Assembly: GCA_002811645.1 (NCBI GenBank)
Contig: PDIP01000008.1
Location: 175,256 to 239,255 of the forward strand
Source: Corallochytrium limacisporum Hawaii
Lineage: Eukaryota; Protista; Pluriformea
Length of the DNA: 64,000 nt
Direction: 5' to 3'
In this document: positions 45,423 to 55,847 of the stretch, one piece after another
Layout of the letters: each line of letters begins with the position of its first letter
How positions within the stretch are numbered: position 1 is the first letter of the stretch
Notes under the pieces: generated by a model
Told to the model about the DNA's origin: nothing
Databases searched by the model: none
What the model saw: only the letters and a program-made list of their open reading frames with translations
Program-made: the position numbers and the translations under genes

Positions 45423-46109
45423 TCAACTTGTTTTCCCATTTCCATAAGTCTCAACACTTTCTCGCATTAATTTTATCACATCCGTTGGATCGTCAACCTT
45501 ATACACACTACTGCCAGCAACAATCATGTTGGCACCTGCCTTCGCTGCAGCATCAATCGTAGAGGGTCCCAATCCACCATCTACTTCGATGTCCTTTGTC
45601 GGGTACTTCTGACGCAGAGTGCTTACCTTGGGCATCATGTCCTCCATAAACGACTGCCCACCAAAACCAGGTTCGACTGTCATGACCAGAAGCATGTCTG
45701 CCCCATCTGCGTAGGGCAGGATGTCCTCGACTGGGGTACCGGGCTTGATGCCGATGCCGACCTTCATGCCCGCGTCCTTGATTTGCCTTATAAGGGCACC
45801 CGGGTCCTTAGTGGCCTCTAGGTGAAATGTGAACTGATCCGCTCCAGCATCAGCAATGTCAGCCACCCACTTCTCAGGCTCGCTCACCATCATGTGGCAG
45901 TCGAAGAAAGCGTTCGGGATGTTCTTCCGCAGGCACTTGATGACTGGAGCACCGAAAGTGATATTGGGCACAAAGTGACCATCCATCACGTCCAGGTGTA
46001 GATAGTCAGCTCCGGCATCGAGCACCTTCTGAGACTCCTCCGTGAGACGGCTCAGGTCACTGGCCAGGACAGAAGGTCCAATCTTACAATTGCAAGTGTG
46101 AAATCCCAT
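45423..46109 (-). CDS. RPE: Ribulose-phosphate 3-epimerase
   Basis: [43 protein letters not shown]. Confidence 0.97.
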   Translation of the reverse strand: MGFHTCNCKIGPSVLASDLSRLTEESQKVLDAGADYLHLDVMDGHFVPNITFGAPVIKCLRKNIPNAFFDCHMMVSEPEKWVADIADAGADQFTFHLEATKDPGALIRQIKDAGMKVGIGIKPGTPVEDILPYADGADMLLVMTVEPGFGGQSFMEDMMPKVSTLRQKYPTKDIEVDGGLGPSTIDAAAKAGANMIVAGSSVYKVDDPTDVIKLMRESVETYGNGKTS

Positions 46110-46556
46110 GGTGCATGTGTTGTCGTATGATATGACTGTCGCCTAACGAGTCCGAGTATGTTACAACAGGCGGAGAACCCAATGCGGCTGCAACTGATTC
46201 TTAATACTGTTAGACCTTGTATAACTGATCAGTCCAAGTAAAGTTCATGACATGAACTGTAATCCAAATGTGCTGCCCATATTGACCGCCCAAATTGCGG
46301 GTTTCCCCACTGGACGGGAGACGAACCCTGTATTGTTGTACCCCTTGATCAGCAAGGTGACCGGGGCTTCTGGGGTCTATCACACATGGAGAACTTGCGT
46401 TTCTCCGAACCTGCGGCCTTTGATATTCAAACATGATCCGGATATGTCTGTGTTTTTTTTGTTTTATCGGAAGTGGTGGTGAGATCATCAATGATTACGA
46501 CGAGGTTGTTGTTTGAAAAAAGGAACGGTACTATAAAGAGTTGTCCGTATATTAAA

Positions 46557-48455
46557 TTAACCAGCAGAGCGAATGTGCGCTGCGCGGCGGGCGCGGACAA
46601 GGAACGGCTTGGATCCGGCCAAGCGCTTCTCCCGTTCAAGTTCCATAACAACGTTGTACCAAGCGGTGGTCATGAGACGATCCTCACGGTCACGATAGCG
46701 ACGGTAGTCCTCGTCGAACGTATCACCGGGGCCGGGACGCATTGAGGATCGTTCCGTGCGCAGTGCTTTGGGTTCAGTTTTCTTCTCGTGTGCCTGGGCC
46801 ACGTCCTTGAGTCGGATCATCTCACGCAGGTCCTGAACCTGCTGTTGCAGAATGACAATCTCTTGTTCCTTCTGTGTCATGCCTTCCTGAGCTCGTTGGG
46901 AGTCGTCTGATTGATTGGCCTTGGCCAGGACTTGTCCAATGTGATCTCGACGTACACCATGGGCAGATAGTTGCGCATCAATGGCTTGGAGTTCCCTTGT
47001 CAGCTCTGCGACCTTGGTCTGCAAATGCTTCAGTTCGGCCTCGCCACTGTTCAGACGATTGGCATCAAGAGCTGCATGGTGCAGCTGAGCACGTAGCTCC
47101 TCAACTTGGCAATGTCGACTGGCAGAGAGGGAGAGCGCCTGTTTGAGTTCAGAACGCAGCCTTGCTTCACGCTGCTCCCCACTCAGACCGCTCAGGCCTC
47201 GCAGTACGTCCGCGCTGCCCGAAGACTCAGACTTGGCAGCCAGAGACGCATCATCAATCATGGGGTCGCCTTCAACCATGGCACTATCAGTGACATTCAT
47301 GCCTTCACTGTCACGCACGCCCTCTCGCAGTCGTTGCATCTCGAAAGCGGCCTCTTTCAGGCGGAACTCGAGGTCCTTCTTGTCCTTCTCAAGCAAAACC
47401 ACCTTTTCTTGGGTAACATCGAGCAGTTTCCTGACACCCTGTATCTGTCTTTGCAATGGGATATTGCCATCGGCGGCACCGGACCCGGCTACCGCATCAC
47501 TGCCGACCGTTGCATTTACATTGTCCTCAAGCTGCTGCTCCAGTTCTATGATCCTCCGCTGGGATTTCTCCAATTGTATCTTCACCGCCCGGGACTGTTT
47601 TGCTTGGTGCCGCAACACGTCAAGCTCGTCACGTAGACTTTTTGATGCCTCTAATTCTTTCTTGAGTTCCTTGTTCTCGCGCTCCAGTCCCTGGTACGCC
47701 TGCTTCAGTCCCTGCATCTCTTGGCGTATCTGTTCCTTCTGCGCCTCGGTATCGTCCAGTGCCGTTTGAAGAGCCTCCACATCTTCTTTTGCGATATTCT
47801 CGACAGCAGCGGCGCCTTCAGTATCTACAATGCCAGGGTTTCTCTTCTCTATCTTACTCTCTAGCTCAGCGACGTGCCTCTCCAGCTGAGAAACATAATT
47901 CTTTAGCTCTTGGTTCTCGTCGGCTAGCTCACTCGGAAATGACTTCAATTGTTCACCATCCATGGCCATCATGGGTTCATCAACCCCAACATCCTCCATC
48001 GACTGAATTCGAGTGTGCATTAGTTCCTGAGTTACTTCCATAACTGCCTTCTGCACAGCCTGGGACTGTTGCAATACGCGAGCGATGAACACCTCCTGTT
48101 TAGAGAGCATGGTGGCACCAATAACTAGCTCGAAAAGTGCCTCGATATCCACCAGGGAGGAATCCCGTGCAATGGCATGCTCACTGGGCATTTTTGTGAT
48201 CACGTAGCCAAGCTGTTCCGAATAATACTCACTTAAGCCCTTTGTAAGGCGATTGATGTTCGTCTTTCTGAGCCGCCAATTGTCATCGACTTCTGCGTTG
48301 ATCCGATCTGAGTCAAAATAGTCTGGTGCCACCTCGCTCATCATTTCATAGAGCACCACACCACTGGCCAGGGACTCCACTGAGTCCGGCACCTGCGACA
48401 AATCATCAAAAGTCTGTGCATATTGCAGCAATAGATCTGCCCGTTCTGTACTCAT
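46557..48455 (-). CDS. HOOK: Hook-family microtubule/dynein adaptor
   Basis: N-terminal Hook (CH-like) domain (LASGVVL..APDYF..DNWRLRxxN), long coiled coil with LRDELDVLR, and C-terminal EDRLMTTAWYN..FLxRxR typical of Hook proteins. Confidence 0.85.
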   Translation of the reverse strand: MSTERADLLLQYAQTFDDLSQVPDSVESLASGVVLYEMMSEVAPDYFDSDRINAEVDDNWRLRKTNINRLTKGLSEYYSEQLGYVITKMPSEHAIARDSSLVDIEALFELVIGATMLSKQEVFIARVLQQSQAVQKAVMEVTQELMHTRIQSMEDVGVDEPMMAMDGEQLKSFPSELADENQELKNYVSQLERHVAELESKIEKRNPGIVDTEGAAAVENIAKEDVEALQTALDDTEAQKEQIRQEMQGLKQAYQGLERENKELKKELEASKSLRDELDVLRHQAKQSRAVKIQLEKSQRRIIELEQQLEDNVNATVGSDAVAGSGAADGNIPLQRQIQGVRKLLDVTQEKVVLLEKDKKDLEFRLKEAAFEMQRLREGVRDSEGMNVTDSAMVEGDPMIDDASLAAKSESSGSADVLRGLSGLSGEQREARLRSELKQALSLSASRHCQVEELRAQLHHAALDANRLNSGEAELKHLQTKVAELTRELQAIDAQLSAHGVRRDHIGQVLAKANQSDDSQRAQEGMTQKEQEIVILQQQVQDLREMIRLKDVAQAHEKKTEPKALRTERSSMRPGPGDTFDEDYRRYRDREDRLMTTAWYNVVMELEREKRLAGSKPFLVRARRAAHIRSAG

Positions 48456-48987
48456 GGTTCCTCAGATGTGTATTCTGCCGTGTGGCTGGGGCTTACTTTG
48501 GGAACGTTCCCCTGGTCTCTGTACGGAGTCTAACCTTGAATCCTCCAGCCAAAGAGATCCCCCTTTAATATCCTATTGTCATGCATAAATGTGGGTAGTG
48601 CTAAATGCCTTTGCGGCAATGGATCAGAGCCTTTCGACCGAGCAATGACACATCTGACGGTGCCGAAAAGGTCAACCGCTAAACAAACCGTATACGTCTA
48701 GTCCGGATACGTCCGAGTGTGGTTTCGGTGCCACAGTCAATGTAGGGAGGGGGAGGCCAACCTGTGGGGTCCGTACGCAATTTCCATAGCGAATGACCCA
48801 TCGGACGGCCCCACGGAGTCGCTGGCGGCCGTTCTGCACAGCCCGGGTGAGTCTCATGACCTTTTGCTCCGCAATCGGCAGCTATTTGATATACATGTAC
48901 TACAATCTATACCATCCTGTTACCAAGTGGGTTTCACCAATGGATTTGACTCCCAAAGGCACAGTTCACGTTACGGACAGCCGAAGA

Positions 48988-49893
48988 ATGCTGAGGATTC
49001 CGTTGAGGACGCTCACGAAATCAGGAAGTCTACTCACCAAAGCCACGGACCCATCAGTCGGTTACTCTCTGCAACAGAGGTTTAATCATTCCAGCCAAAA
49101 GTTTGTCGGTCACACCAATATGGACGTTCACATTGTGCCCGTGCTAGAAGACAACTACGCGTACTTGCTCGTGGACAAGGAGACAAACACCTGCGCAGCG
49201 GTCGATCCGGTCCAGGCCGAGGTAGTGACCAAAGCAGCAAAGGCGAAGGGGCTCACCATCAGCAAGATCATGACCACACACCACCACTGGGACCACTCAG
49301 GAGGTAACAATGATATGAAGAAACTGAACCCCAACGTTTCAGTACTCGGCGGCGATGATCGTGTCGAAGGCATGACGGAAATGGTGAAGCAAGGCGATCA
49401 GTTTACCCTAGGAAGTCTGAACGTGAAATGCCTGCATACGCCTTGCCACACCACAGGCCACATAAGCTACTATGTGACTCATCCCAATGGGGAATCTGAC
49501 CCTGCCGTCTTTACTGGGGACACCCTCTTCGTCGGCGGGTGCGGTCGATTCTTCGAGGGCGAGCCCAACCAAATGGTCCAGAGCCTGACCACCTTGGGAT
49601 CGCTGCCACCCAGCACCCGGGTCTACTGCGGACATGAGTACACTGTGAAAAACCTGCAATTTGCTCAAGTTGTGGAACCGAACAACATTGATCTTAAGGA
49701 CAAGCTGTCTTGGTGTCAGCAGCAGCGCGCTGAAGGCAAGCCCACCATCCCTTCAACCATTGGGGAGGAGCTGAAATACAACCCATTCATGCGCTTCAAC
49801 CAGAAAGATGTCAAAGCGTTTGCGAAATCCGATGAAGACACGGAAGTCATGGGCAAAGTTCGGGCGGCCAAGGATTCCTGGAAAGGTCCCTGA
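48988..49893 (+). CDS. HAGH: Hydroxyacylglutathione hydrolase (glyoxalase II); start uncertain
   Basis: DNYAYL, TTHHHWDHSGGN, TPCHTTGH, FTGDTLF..GCGRFFEG, CGHEYT, PSTIGEE..NPFMR. The ATG at 48988 gives a mitochondrial-type presequence; the core begins at ATG 49120. The frame is open back to 48793. Confidence 0.93.
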   Translation: MLRIPLRTLTKSGSLLTKATDPSVGYSLQQRFNHSSQKFVGHTNMDVHIVPVLEDNYAYLLVDKETNTCAAVDPVQAEVVTKAAKAKGLTISKIMTTHHHWDHSGGNNDMKKLNPNVSVLGGDDRVEGMTEMVKQGDQFTLGSLNVKCLHTPCHTTGHISYYVTHPNGESDPAVFTGDTLFVGGCGRFFEGEPNQMVQSLTTLGSLPPSTRVYCGHEYTVKNLQFAQVVEPNNIDLKDKLSWCQQQRAEGKPTIPSTIGEELKYNPFMRFNQKDVKAFAKSDEDTEVMGKVRAAKDSWKGP

Positions 49894-50444
49894 AGCACGA
49901 CGATGAATGTCAGAACAGGATGTGAGACTCTGAAAGGTGGCAATGCGAGTCATTTTGATCAATTCCGCCGGTCGCAGCTGCTCTTGGGAACTTCACCAGT
50001 CTTTCTTTGCCACCAGCAATTTGTTTAAAAGTTTGTCACAATACAATATTGTCCTACCTCTTAATACCCTCAGATCCATCTTGTGTCACATCGCACAGCA
50101 CACGACATATGAAACAGGAAACGGAACAAAACAGGCTGCGAAAGAATGGGTTATAAGTGTTGCTTCTGAATGCCAATGGATAGTAAGATTTTATATGGAG
50201 TTTTGATCGGTTTTAGTGTGTCTGTAAGTACCTCTCAAACCACAATGGAAGATTTTGTTGCTTTGATGACTTGTAAACTAGTAATGACACATAAAGGTGA
50301 TTCATGTGAATTCAAAGAGCTCCTGTTCAATCATAATCATGCAGATACATGATGAACGAGGGAACCCTTACAACTACGCTATGGACATGATGGAACGTTC
50401 AAGGATACATAATAAATAGGGAAAGGGATTAAAATGTTGATACT

Positions 50445-51092
50445 TTAGGCTTCCATCTTGCGGAACAGATCGTCAAGCTTTCCGTGGATAGGGAGAGTCT
50501 TGCAGTAGAAACCGTCGGGAATGATCTTACCCTCGGCACGCAGCTCCTGGTAGTCTTCGCGCAGGAAGTCAGTGAAGCCCCACTTCATGGAGACAGCAAT
50601 GATCTGGCGACCCGGGAATTTCATCTTGGAACGGCGGAAAGCCTCAATGGCGTGACCGCGGTTACCGTCACGAGTGCGCATGGACATGAGAGGCTGGCCA
50701 ATCTTAACGCGAGCAACCTTTCCGTTGGGCTTACCGAAAGCACCACGCATACCCGTCTGCAGACGATCAGCACCGGCGCAACTCAACATCTTGTTGATGC
50801 GGACGACGTGGTAAGGGTGGACACGAATGCGCAAATGGAAAGCGTCCTTACCGCAGTACTTGACCATGTACTTGTTAGCGCAAATGCGGGCAGCCTCCAG
50901 AGCCTCGGAAGACAGCTGCTCAAGTTCGTTGGACAACATATGAACGCACAGAGGGAACTCGTCTACGGTTGCCTTCTTGCGGCCCATATCGTAAATGCGG
51001 ATCTTGGCATCGGGCACACCACGGTTGAACCGAGACTTGGGGTAAGGCTTGTTCTTGCAGTAGCGGTAGCACCGCGCAGGACGACGACCCAT
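50445..51092 (-). CDS. RPL10: 60S ribosomal protein uL16 (L10)
   Basis: [22 protein letters not shown] ... [25 protein letters not shown], essentially invariant. Confidence 0.99.
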   Translation of the reverse strand: MGRRPARCYRYCKNKPYPKSRFNRGVPDAKIRIYDMGRKKATVDEFPLCVHMLSNELEQLSSEALEAARICANKYMVKYCGKDAFHLRIRVHPYHVVRINKMLSCAGADRLQTGMRGAFGKPNGKVARVKIGQPLMSMRTRDGNRGHAIEAFRRSKMKFPGRQIIAVSMKWGFTDFLREDYQELRAEGKIIPDGFYCKTLPIHGKLDDLFRKMEA

Positions 51093-52089
51093 TTTGAATT
51101 TGAGAATAAATTAACCCGTTTGCTAATAAATCCCGTCTTGGATTCCAAGGACTTTACAGTTATGATTATGAAGTAAGTCAGCTTAAATAGGACACATGAT
51201 GTATTTATGACAACCTATTCAATGCAATAGCATGGCAGTCTTCAAAACCGCTCTATTCCATAATTTGGTATAGTAGAGTGCTCGAAAGGCAGCCCTGCAG
51301 GAATTGAACGCTTGGCACTCCGGCATAGCGAAGGTGCCATTGCAACCAAAAAGTGCCGCACTCCTCAAAGCAGCCCCTTTCAGCGTTGTTGAGCTCCGGT
51401 ACTGAACTCATACACTCCGTGCAACTGAGTACTTGCATCACTCTCAACGTGAACAGCCAAAGTCAGACCCAATGTTGCTGCGGTCTAAGGAATCATTCAG
51501 GAACATATTGCTAAACTCAGCACAGAAGCGTCTGTTCGGTGCAATATATTTAGTATACGCAGACCACCCTCCCACGGGTCAGATCAGGCCATTCAACCAC
51601 TCTCGTTCACAAATTCTACGTCGGCAAAGCAATAGGTTAGGATGGGCCCATCGCGTTCAAGGGATAAATATGTATTCTATTGTATATCAAATATACTGCC
51701 TCCAAATACATCCCACCTATCCATCCCAGTGTATTTGGGAGTTTCTGTACTTGAGAAGAAGTCCATATATTTAGTATGGGAATTATTACAGAAAGGGTTT
51801 TCTATATTGAAAATACTGAAGACACCAGAGCAGGCAAGGAACTGTAAATTGAGGAAATCTTTTTCGTATGCACTCGTTGTACTCTTACTACCGAAAATTG
51901 CCTGCGTCAGAAGGAGGCCGGTCGCTCGCCGTACAAAATCAGATACATTTATATTGTTTTGCTAATATACAGTTTTACGTCGCGAAAAGTTTTGTGTGGT
52001 TTTGAAAATGTGTGTTTCTTGGCCGCTGGAGGACAGCGGAGGGGGGGGGGGTTGGTTTGGGGGCCGGGATGGAGTGCCAGAGGAGCCCT

Positions 52090-53148
52090 TCACGACGACA
52101 CGGAGGTGGCCATTTGCTGGAAACGGGTGATGTCCTCTGTGCCCACGACACTGCCACCACACACAATGAACACAATGGGCCGTCCATTGGCCCCTTGTGG
52201 GTCCAGCAACACGTTCTGAAGTTGCGGGGCTACAGCCAGGGCAGCGCCACAAGCCAATTCAACTAGGATGCGATGGTTCTCAAGTAGATCTAGGCAGGCC
52301 TTCGCAGCCTCCGCGTCAGTACAACGGCAACAGGCTGTTGGGTAGTACTCTGATGAAGCTGGATTCGCAAAGGCAAAGGTCTGGTCGCTTGGGGTGGCCG
52401 CTCCCAGAGATTTGGCGCTGGAAACGATGTCCGTGAGGACGACCTTCTGGCCCTTCTCGACCGACAACTTGAGACAGTCAGCACCCACCGTCTCTGCCGC
52501 GATGACCTGCGGGCAGAACTCAGTTCCACCATTGTTCTTTACACCTGTGATCACTCCATTGTAGAGACCGCCTCCCCCAACGCTACATACTATCGCTTGA
52601 GGACATTGCTTTGCTGTGTTATCCGGGTAAATCTCTCGCAACTGTTGCTTAATTTCATCAATCATCTTGGAATGACCTGTCCAGATGCTGGGATCGTCGT
52701 AAGGATGTATATACCCAATCGATGGATCGTCTGCACAGACTTTCCGAGCCTTCTTGTCTGCCTCGGACCACATGTGCCCGTGAACCTGCACATCCGCGCC
52801 CATGTTGCGCAGTTTAACCCGTGTATGCTCAGGAGTGGTCTCAGGTAGAAAGACTGTAATGGGCACGCCTAACTGTTTGGCCGCATAGGCAGCAGCTAGT
52901 CCAGCGTTACCTCCTGAACTGCTAACCAAGCGGGTAGCACCTTGATCCACCTTGCTCACCGCCATGTGGCCGACACCGCGACATTTGAATGATCCTGCTG
53001 GTTGCGAATTTTCCAGCTTTAGGAAGCATTCTGGGGCCCTCTCAGCACCATGCTTCCAATACTTCTCGCGTACGAGTTCAGTAAGGTAGGCAGACGGTAC
53101 CAAGGGTGTTTCGCTGCAGTGCAAATAGTATTGCTTAATGCTAGCCAT
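52090..53148 (-). CDS. L-serine/L-threonine dehydratase (PLP fold II, SDS/CHA1-like)
   Basis: TPL, LKLENSQPAGSFKCRG (PLP lysine), SSGGNAG, HPYD, SVGGGGL, LVELACGAALA, IVCGG. Start placed at ATG 53148; the track start is GTG and other upstream ATGs exist. Confidence 0.9.
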   Translation of the reverse strand: MASIKQYYLHCSETPLVPSAYLTELVREKYWKHGAERAPECFLKLENSQPAGSFKCRGVGHMAVSKVDQGATRLVSSSGGNAGLAAAYAAKQLGVPITVFLPETTPEHTRVKLRNMGADVQVHGHMWSEADKKARKVCADDPSIGYIHPYDDPSIWTGHSKMIDEIKQQLREIYPDNTAKQCPQAIVCSVGGGGLYNGVITGVKNNGGTEFCPQVIAAETVGADCLKLSVEKGQKVVLTDIVSSAKSLGAATPSDQTFAFANPASSEYYPTACCRCTDAEAAKACLDLLENHRILVELACGAALAVAPQLQNVLLDPQGANGRPIVFIVCGGSVVGTEDITRFQQMATSVSS

Positions 53149-54375
53149 GATTGTGAGCTTCCGCGGTGGCCTACCATTTTGGCCACCATTGACCGAGTAC
53201 ATGCGTATCCATTGATACCTTTCCTCACATTCTTGAGTCATATCCAAGGCCACTCCAGAAACAGAGACACACAGTCACATTGTCTGTGCAGATTCTCTGC
53301 CGCTTCATCTAGTGACCCAACATGTTGACACAATCTCTCCCTACGCACTCATCTCCGGCAGGTCGACAAATATGTCCCTGGCGGCTGAAATATTCTCAGG
53401 GCACGTATTCGAATCTATTGACTACTTAGATTAGTCTTAAGTACTGTTGATTAAAAGTCTTGGGGTTGTGGGCCAGAAGAGGCTGCTGATTGGCCCATGA
53501 GCACCAGTGGTGTGCACGTCGGTACTGAATGTACTGAGGTCGAAATTTTCCTTCCAAAAACGGGAAGATGCCTGGGGAAGGGAGAAGTAACGACCCCCGC
53601 CGGGTCCGGGATCCCTAGGGCGGGGAGGGGAATTATGGATATATCGGTACTTTTACTATGAACACTTTGCCCCAATTGCGTCCCAGGTTGGCGGCCACGG
53701 GGACCCAAATACCCCCCACAGGGATCTTCCGTGGGTGTCCGCGGGACCACTGGAGAGACACACAAGAGGTCCCGGGAGACCAGGCGTTGGTGCGTTGGCG
53801 GTCAGCACCGCCGAGGTACTCGAGTACACTGCTTCCTGGGCCTGGAGCCCTCGCGGGTGTGGGGATATTCTCAGAGGGAAGGGGAGGGGAAGAGGGGTTT
53901 GTGTTGGTGCTACTTTCTTTGTGCCGAATATCCAGCGGTCAACCCGCGACACACACGCACACGGGAGAAAACTACGTCAGAAAAAGAGCTGTGTGTTTTG
54001 TATGGATCACAGTTCTGAAGTTGAGTGTAGGGAAGGCGTGTGGGGCCTCGATTCCCGCGTGCCAGCTAGCAGGTGCAGTGACAGTTTTAAGGGAAAGGGG
54101 GATCAAGAACGGGAAATGAGCGCCTAAATCTTATGTACCATTGCTAGCTCACTTCGGTCCACTCTCTGCGTGAGTCTGTTCTGGTCTCGACATCCGTATC
54201 CCAAACATCTTTTTCAATGTTGTTGAGGGGCATTTGCTTAGTCATGAGGAGAAATGCTGAGATGCTATCCAATGAACAGTGACGCATCAACTGCTTCATG
54301 TACTTCAGGGATGTCGTGGGATCTAGTTCAGAGTGCTAACCCTTCAAGGCAGGGCACACAGTAGAGTTGCTTTCA

Positions 54376-55302
54376 ATGACCATGGATACTGCAATCCATT
54401 TGTCAGCGGGTACGGTTGGTGGGATATCCGGTGTGCTGATCTCACACCCTTTCGACACCCTAAAAGTCCGGCTTCAGGTAAATCAGCACATCACGTTAGG
54501 AAAAGCCATTAGAGATGCTTTTAGGTCCTCATCAGGGTTACGGTCATTGTACTATGGAATTACATCACCAATCATGGGCACGGCCTGGATCAAGGCCACT
54601 GCATTCACCGGAAATAACGTTGGCAGGGATGCGGTCCGCAGCATAGCTGGTAAGCCGAGGGATGCACCCCTCACGCTCACACAGAAATCCCTGGCGAGTG
54701 CTTTTGCAGGGGCAATCACTACCGTGGTGGTCACACCAGTCGAAAGGGTTAAAATTGCTATGCAGACTGCCATCATCGGTACAGGAAGGGAACCAGCAAG
54801 CGCAATTGGCACTGTCACACAACTTTTCCGTCAAGACGGCATTAGATACGGTCTTTATCGTGGATTTTTGGCGACGTTGGCTCGGGACATGCCCTCGTAT
54901 GCTGTGTATTTTGTAGCCTATGATCAGTGCCGTCAGCGCCTGGCACAATTTTGGGGCACTGATCCGCAGAAGTTAAGCAAGGTACAGGTCGCGACCGCTG
55001 GGGCCATGGCCGGTATGCTTAGTTGGTTACCCATTCTGCCTCTGGATTTGATAAAATCGCACCTGCAGTCTAGCACCTCCAACGGAGATGGTCTCCGATT
55101 CCGCGACGGAGTCATGCATGCGTACCAACTCTCTCAGCGCCATGGTATCTCTGTTCTCTGGCGTGGACTTAATGCTGCGATGCTGCGCGCAGTACCCTGC
55201 CACGCTGCTGTCTTTGTCGGCTATGAGACAAGTAAGAGGTGGCTCGAGCAGCAACGGGATATCTTGCATGCCACAAAGGCACGAGCAACTGTGACACTTT
55301 GA
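54376..55302 (+). CDS. Mitochondrial carrier (SLC25), carnitine / basic amino-acid carrier-like
   Basis: Three Px[DE]xx[KR] signatures (HPFDTLKVRLQ, TPVERVKIAMQ, LPLDLIKSHLQ), plus RDMPSYAVYF and LRAVP. Start is ATG 54376 or 54382. Confidence 0.92.
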   Translation: MTMDTAIHLSAGTVGGISGVLISHPFDTLKVRLQVNQHITLGKAIRDAFRSSSGLRSLYYGITSPIMGTAWIKATAFTGNNVGRDAVRSIAGKPRDAPLTLTQKSLASAFAGAITTVVVTPVERVKIAMQTAIIGTGREPASAIGTVTQLFRQDGIRYGLYRGFLATLARDMPSYAVYFVAYDQCRQRLAQFWGTDPQKLSKVQVATAGAMAGMLSWLPILPLDLIKSHLQSSTSNGDGLRFRDGVMHAYQLSQRHGISVLWRGLNAAMLRAVPCHAAVFVGYETSKRWLEQQRDILHATKARATVTL

Positions 55303-55406
55303 CAGGCAAGAATCAAATAAAGAAATATGTATGTACACTTGTATGCGAGATGTGTTGCAAGCAAATGACACACACTGTATGGCGACTGTATCGTGATAAT
55401 TGGAAA

Positions 55407-55847
55407 TCAGGAGAATGCCAATGCTCTACTTGTGATCTCCCTTGCTATCCATTCCGTGGCCATACCACTCTGGGGGTCAGCGTCAGGGAGAGCCACGTAC
55501 TCACCATCTTCTTCGTATCCGCCTTTAGCGTGTACAAACTTCCCGGTTCCCAGGGGCTGGTTGTTTAGCCACTGACCCTCAAACACATAGCGCTCCGTAT
55601 AGCGGGTACCCAGACCTTCACGCCGTCCCTCCTTCCAGGTGCTGACGTACTTGGCGCTGGTTGACTTATGTGAATAGGTGCCCTTGCCATAGCGCTTGCC
55701 GTTCACGTAGTTGCCCTCATAGACGTCACTGCCACCGGGTAGGACCGCCTTGCCGAAACCGTGGCGCTCGTATTCCTCGTTCCGCTCCCCCTCTTAAGTC
55801 CCAAAGGGAGATTCCTCCTCTCCATTCTCACTGTCGTAGTGAGACAC
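55407..55847 (-). pseudogene. RSPH1: Disrupted MORN-repeat gene, radial spoke head protein 1-like
   Basis: One frame reads VSHYDSENGEEESPFGT*EGERNEEYERHGFGKAVLPGGSDVYEGNYVNGKRYGKGTYSHKSTSAKYVSTWKEGRREG...FEGQWLNNQPLGTGKFV..GYEEDGEY. In-frame TAA at 55794-55796, GTG at the expected start, and no upstream in-frame ATG nearby. Confidence 0.75.

Noticed and set aside
55794-55796. TAA reassignment to Tyr (variant genetic code) as the explanation for the RSPH1-like stop
   Set aside because: TAA terminates several intact genes here (e.g. 14918, 19996, 22981), and no other gene has internal stops.
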